A stretch of 64,000 nucleotides of DNA from Eledone cirrhosa (taxonomy: Eukaryota). Location of the stretch: NCBI GenBank assembly GCA_964016885.1, contig OZ024743.1, positions 231,384,001 to 231,448,000 of the forward strand. Reading direction: 5' to 3'. The notes beneath the pieces were generated by a model that was not told the origin of the DNA, did not search any database, and worked only from the letters and a program-made list of their open reading frames with translations. The position numbers were made by a program, and so were the translations under genes. Shown piece by piece: positions 58,612 through 64,000 of the stretch. Every line of letters begins with the position of its first letter. Within the stretch, counting starts at the first letter, position 1.

Positions 58612-61600
58612 GATAAATTTATATATTAGCCACAAGGGCACAAAAGAAGGGGACAACTACAAATGGGGAGTTTGCATACAGGTATATGAAAATAAACCTA
58701 TTAATAAAAATAACAAATAAAAATTGAAATCCCCAATAGGGGGAGGCGTTACACTGGGTTGTACACACCCCGAAAAAATGTACAACCCTCATCTCCAGGA
58801 GCACCAAGAGCGAGTACTCTCCTCCTCTCTTCCTCTTTTTCCTCAACTTAAAGGCTTATATAAAGAGAAGGCCCAAACATTTCACCCACCTTTTATAAAA
58901 TTTGCTGGAGTACAGCATCTCTCTCTCTATCCTGATTCTTCCAAAATGATATTTGAAAAAACGAATCAGTTGTTCGCCGGAGAGAAATGTGTCTGACTTC
59001 AGCCCTTTTAACCTCGTCCACCATATAACCTCTTTCACCATGGCCATAACACATACGAAAACTGCCTCTCCCTCGTTTTTGTTGGAGGGTGGCGGTTTGA
59101 TCATCACGATAGACTCGGTGGTCAACTGGATTTGTCCCACCCGTGACAATAGTCGTTCTACATAGCCCCATAGGTCGATAACACCCGGGCAGTGTACAAA
59201 TGTGTGCGCGACGGTTTCCTCGTCTCGCACGCATCTTGGCCAGATCTTTTTTGAAGGGTCCCTGCCCGGGCGTCCGTGTATGTAGAGCTTGTCTCGAACT
59301 GGTAGAGCTCCTCGGAAGCACTGCCAGGCCAGGGACTTTTGGAAGTTGTCCAGTGGTCCCGGGCGGAAGGTCCTACGGAACAGACTGGTCAGTTCGTCCT
59401 CCTCTACACCCAGAGTTTCTCCGAGCGCGTCGTCGCACTTGCTGCGGACAAACCCTATATAGAATGACTAAGTGGAGTCTCTACTGATCGCCGGGTCCGT
59501 TTGCCAGAGGACTGTGAGCGCCTGAGCACATTCGATGTGCCAGTCGGCTATTTTCCTCGGTCTTTGCTTGACCCAGGACTGCAGCTCGGTCAGCGAGACG
59601 AGTCGTGGGAAGGCTCGCCTCACGAACGGGCCCCACACCAGTTGCCCTGTGAGGAATACGTAGAGATGCCTGAGCTTGAGCGCGTGTTTGCGCATCGTCA
59701 GCCACGGAATCCCCAGACCTTCATTGGAAGGGTGTTGGCAGCAGAAGGATCTTATCACCAAAGAAGCCCGCCTCTTCCAATGGACTTGTCCCGGTTCAGC
59801 TTCGATCCTGTGAACCTTTCGAATTCCTGCGGTAAGGTGCCGACTTCCTCGATTTGCGAGGTGCAAGACACCATTAGTGTCACGTCGTCGGCCTAGGCCG
59901 TCGCCGCTTTCCGCAGTCCCGGTTCCTGAGGGATGCCCTGCAATAGCTCCAACTTCCGCAGTAGTGGCTCTAGAGTCAGTACGTACAGAAGGGAGGAGAG
60001 AGAGGGCATCCCTGTCGAATGGGTCGCGTGATATGGAACGGCTCCGAGAGGAAGCTGTTCACATTGACCCTTGAGCAGATGTTGCTGTTGTGCACTGCAG
60101 CCCCTGAACACGGGTCCGAATCCTGCCGCCTCGAGCACCGCATCCAGGTAACGATAGTCAATCCTATCGAAAGCCTTAGACAGATCCAAGTTGATCAGGG
60201 TCCCACCGAAGCCGGGTTTACACCCTACCCTCTCTATGATGTATCGCATGAGGTGGAGGTTGTTGTGAATGGACTAGGTCGGTATTGCGCATGTCTGCGC
60301 TTCTCCCACCAGGTTTTCGTCGACAAGCACCAGTCTATTTGCCAAAACATTGGCCAATATCTGTAACTCTGTGTTTAACAGAGTTATGGGGCGGAGGTTG
60401 CCTATGTCATTCCCCTTGTTCTCGTCCTTCCTGACTAGTGTGACTATGCCCCTGGTCACAGAACTAGGAATTCTCACGTTCTGCTGCCAGTTGCAGTAGT
60501 CCGCTTTAAGGAGACCGGAGAACAAGTCCGGCATTGCTACATAAAATTCGAAGGGTATACCGTCGAGACCTGGAGATTTAAGTTTGCCGCATTGGCTGAG
60601 CGCGTCCCCTATCTCAGCGGCTGAAATCGGATTTTCGCAGAACTTGGACTCGCTGTCCGAGAGTCGCGGTAGGCCGTCGGGGTATGGACTGAAATCCATA
60701 GCCCCTCCCATCGCACCGCCCCGCCCGAACAGTTGAGCAAAGTGCCGCTGAAAGGCCGCACACATCTGCTTCGGCTCACGGATCACGCGTCGTCTTGGTC
60801 CTTCAAAAACTGAATCGTGGACTCTTTGCCACTTTTTGCCTCCGTCACTCGGGCCCAGCTAAACAGCTTTGGCTCCCTCGTTTCCCAGAGCACGTATTTT
60901 GCTTCTGACAACGCAGCCTTCGTGCTTTGCGTCGAACAACTGGTCCAAGACATTTCTAATCGCTAGCGCGTTGGCTACCTTTCCACTCCTAAGTGCTTCT
61001 TCTATTTTATCTACCAGTTCCTTTTCGGTCTTATTTCTATCTAACGCTAATTTTTTAGTAAAACCTATCGAGTCTAATCTAATTGCCCTCTTGAGAGAGT
61101 ACCACCATCTGCTATTGACAATGGCCCCCGTCAAGTGCTGCTTAACTAAAGTGCTAATCCGTCTACTGTAGGTTTTGCATGTTGGTTACAACAAGTTCAG
61201 CTTCCAGTAGCCGGGTCCTTGTCTATGGGTTTTGTCAAGGTTGACTAAGCAGGTCACTAATTTATGATCTGAATAGGCAACCATGAACATTTGTGGACAG
61301 CTTAACATGTCCCTATCATTCTTTCTAACTAGAACCCTATCTAGGTACGATCTAGATGTTCCGATACGATTAGTTCACGTCCACAGTTGCACAGTAGGAA
61401 AATCTAGTCGATATCTATCGGCCAGGTCAAAACGGCCGATTAACTGTTTGAGGCTGTTACACCCCCCTTTATCGGGACATGCTCCCACATAGTCCCAACG
61501 TGCATCTAGGTTTCAATTCCAGTCCCCCACTAAAAGCAAGGAGAGGGACATTCCCAGAAAAGTCTCTAGACGTTTGAAGAAGACTGGCCGTAGTGTCCCG

Positions 61601-63870
61601 GATGGGGCATATGCGGCCACCAGCCTGAAGGCTCCACCTCACTACCGTCAACGTCTAGGACCACTAGTCGACCCTCCGGTCCAGGTGTTTCCGCAGCAAA
61701 ACGGCAACCCCGCCTCCAACCCCGGCTGACAGTGAGATGCGTAGATCTCAAAGTCGTCGAAGATCGGGGCCAGCTGTCGCTCGCTGTGGATCCGAGACTG
61801 GCAAATGGCTACTACATCCATACTGTGCAACCTGTGGTCGTTTAAGAGTTTGCCCTGTTTCCAGGGCAACCCAGGCCGCGTACATTCACACATCCAACTC
61901 TTATATTGGCCATGCTGGTGCTGAAAAGTTAAAAGAAGAGGAGAAGAAATCACTCTCCGCTTCGTCTCCTGGGGACCAGGCTGCACAATGTCCATGGGTG
62001 TGTTGGAGGGGTTGTTTGGTAGGGTGGTGGTTCCTGGCGTGGTGGGGACGGAGATGTTTGGTGGGGAGGGGGTGTATGGTAGGGTGGTGTTTGGGAAACA
62101 TTTCAAGAGGACGCGGTTCGTTGGTTTAACACACATATTCCCCACGTCCTCAGCAACATTTTACTTTAAGGACTTATAGGTGTCCGTAGGGAACTTAATC
62201 ATCCTTAAATTAGGTTTGTCTTTACATTTGGTAAAATATTGTCCTTCGTTTTCCACGGAAGGGTCTTTGGAGGTGACCTCCAGCAAGGTTTTATTTTCAG
62301 TGTTTATGTATGTATAATATTTTTTGTTGTGTTGTGTTAGTTTTTGTCAGTTGTTCTTGTGTGTGTTTTCGTTTTGTTGTGGGTATGTGCGTTTGGAGTG
62401 TTGTCATTGTTATGTATTCGGGAGGGGGGATTTTTGTTTGTAATGTTTGTGTTGTTTGTGTTGGTGGTTGCGTGTTTGTTGCCTTTTTGTTCATGTTATT
62501 TCTTTTTTGCTTTTTTTTTGGAGCGGAGGGTTTCTCCCTCATCAACACTGAGTGATGACGAGGGGGATTCGTCTGTTGTGGTGTCTGTTTGATTGGGGAG
62601 GGGTATGCTTTGGGGAGCCGTTGTGCTTGTGGGTGTTTTGGGAGTTGTTTTAGGTGGGGAGGGGTTGGGTGGGACTGTGTTTGCAGTTTGGTTGTGTTGT
62701 TGTTGTGGTAGTGGTGGTGGTTGTGTTGTTGTGTTGGGTGTCGGCAGTAGTGCCTTTTTTTAATGCAGTTAATTGAGGACAGGAAGCCCTCAGGTGACCA
62801 CTGCTTAAACAGTGGTAACCTGAAGGCCGCCTACCCTCAACAGAAATGTTTATGTAGGAATTTCCATCCAGAGGCACACGTTGTGATATTCTAGCTATCT
62901 GTTCTGGTCTCATTTGGACCAAAACTTCTAAGCTTGTACCGTTTGATATCCCCCTGGAGGACTTTCCTACCGAAATTACTGTATCTTCATCAAAATTGAT
63001 GAAACCAGCTAATATCCACCAGATGTTTTTACATTTGGTGTGATATTTGTTACTTTTATTTTTGGGGTCCTTTTCCCATGTATGTAGGGAAAAAGGTGTA
63101 GAGGGGGGACACAATTGGCGACACAGAATATTTCTGTGCCGTCAATTGGTCTTTCATTATTATTGATAAACTCCCGAAAAGTTTTCCCTTCTGTATGAAG
63201 GTAATGTCCTTCATGGAGTTTCTTAGAACCAGCTAAATTTCATTTGAGTTAATTGAGCTGGTTTTCTGGTGGTATTTGAGATTGTCCTAAAAACTAGGGT
63301 TTTCAGGACAGTGTCTCTACGCAATTCTTGGGGAGAAGTGATGCTAAAAGCGCCATTCTCCTCAAAAGTTATATATTGCTGGGCATCTCTTAGCAATTCT
63401 CCGGCATTAGAGATGTCAATCTGTGTATATAGTTCTGTCTTTTGGACAGTTTGTGCAAACGAAACATTTTTTCCTTGTTTGTGGAGTTGTTCTTGTTGGT
63501 GTTGTTATCATTATTGTTGCTGCTGTTGGTGTTGTTGTCATCATTGTTGCTGTTGTTGTCATTTTTGTCGTCGTTGTTGTTGTTGTTTTTGTAGTTTTCA
63601 ATTGCTTGATCTGTGGTTGCGGAATTCATTTGTGAAGTTGTATTTTCGTTCATAGCATTGTTGTTGTTGTTGTTTCTGGTGCCGCTGGTTGTGTTGTTTT
63701 GGTTTGTTGCCATGGCAACTTCAAGTAGTCGGTCAGCAGGTGGAGAAAATCTTTCTCTGGATGACCTTTGTCTTTGACATCTGCTAGTATGACAGTGGCA
63801 GGGGGTAGCTGTAAGCATATCTTCCAATTTCCTCCTTCGAATGTTGGTGAAGAAGCTTCAGCCATTTTTT
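58612..63870 (-). mobile_element. Near full-length decayed L1/Tx1-clade LINE (ORF1 about 62300-63865, ORF2 about 58800-61915)
   Basis: ORF1 zinc knuckle YHCLSSGHLRASC; APE-like SYLDRVL, SDHK, PGYWKLN; RT KSPGLDGIP, RPITLLN, LDLSKAFDR, IRQGCPLSP; C-terminal EETVAHTFVHC. Confidence 0.9.
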
Positions 63871-64000
63871 TTAAATGTTAGCTTTTCAAAAAAAGAAAAT
63901 GTATGTACTATTTCGCCTAAAGGCGTAGAATATTTTGAGAGACTGACCAGATCAAAATTTGACCTGGCAGACCCCCTACAAATTGGTATAACAATGAAGG

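Overview
This is AT-rich, microsatellite-saturated eukaryotic DNA with no recognisable host gene. The SINE families and composition suggest an octopus or other cephalopod genome (inference). Most ORFs in the track are (TA)n/(CA)n/(TAA)n artefacts. Bases 1-31 kb are a nest of Penelope-like elements (PLEs) inserted in (TA)n tracts: two RT + GIY-YIG copies, GIY-YIG-only remnants, and about 20 type I hammerhead ribozyme motifs that I read by eye from roughly a dozen dissimilar sequence families. Many of these elements are palindromes with hammerheads at the outer ends facing outward. The largest is about 3.86 kb (22146-26001) and carries two head-to-head GIY-YIG ORFs. Several small hairpins look like 'half-hammerheads' folded back around stem II, and one tandem hammerhead pair could release a retrozyme-like RNA of about 321 nt. 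Bases 33-50 kb hold four tandem R4/Dong-clade LINEs with (TAA)n tails, one of them a single stop codon from intact. Bases 56-64 kb hold a decayed Helitron and a near full-length decayed L1/Tx1 LINE. Coordinates were counted by hand, so expect errors of a few bases, more at decayed element edges. No ribozyme activity was tested.
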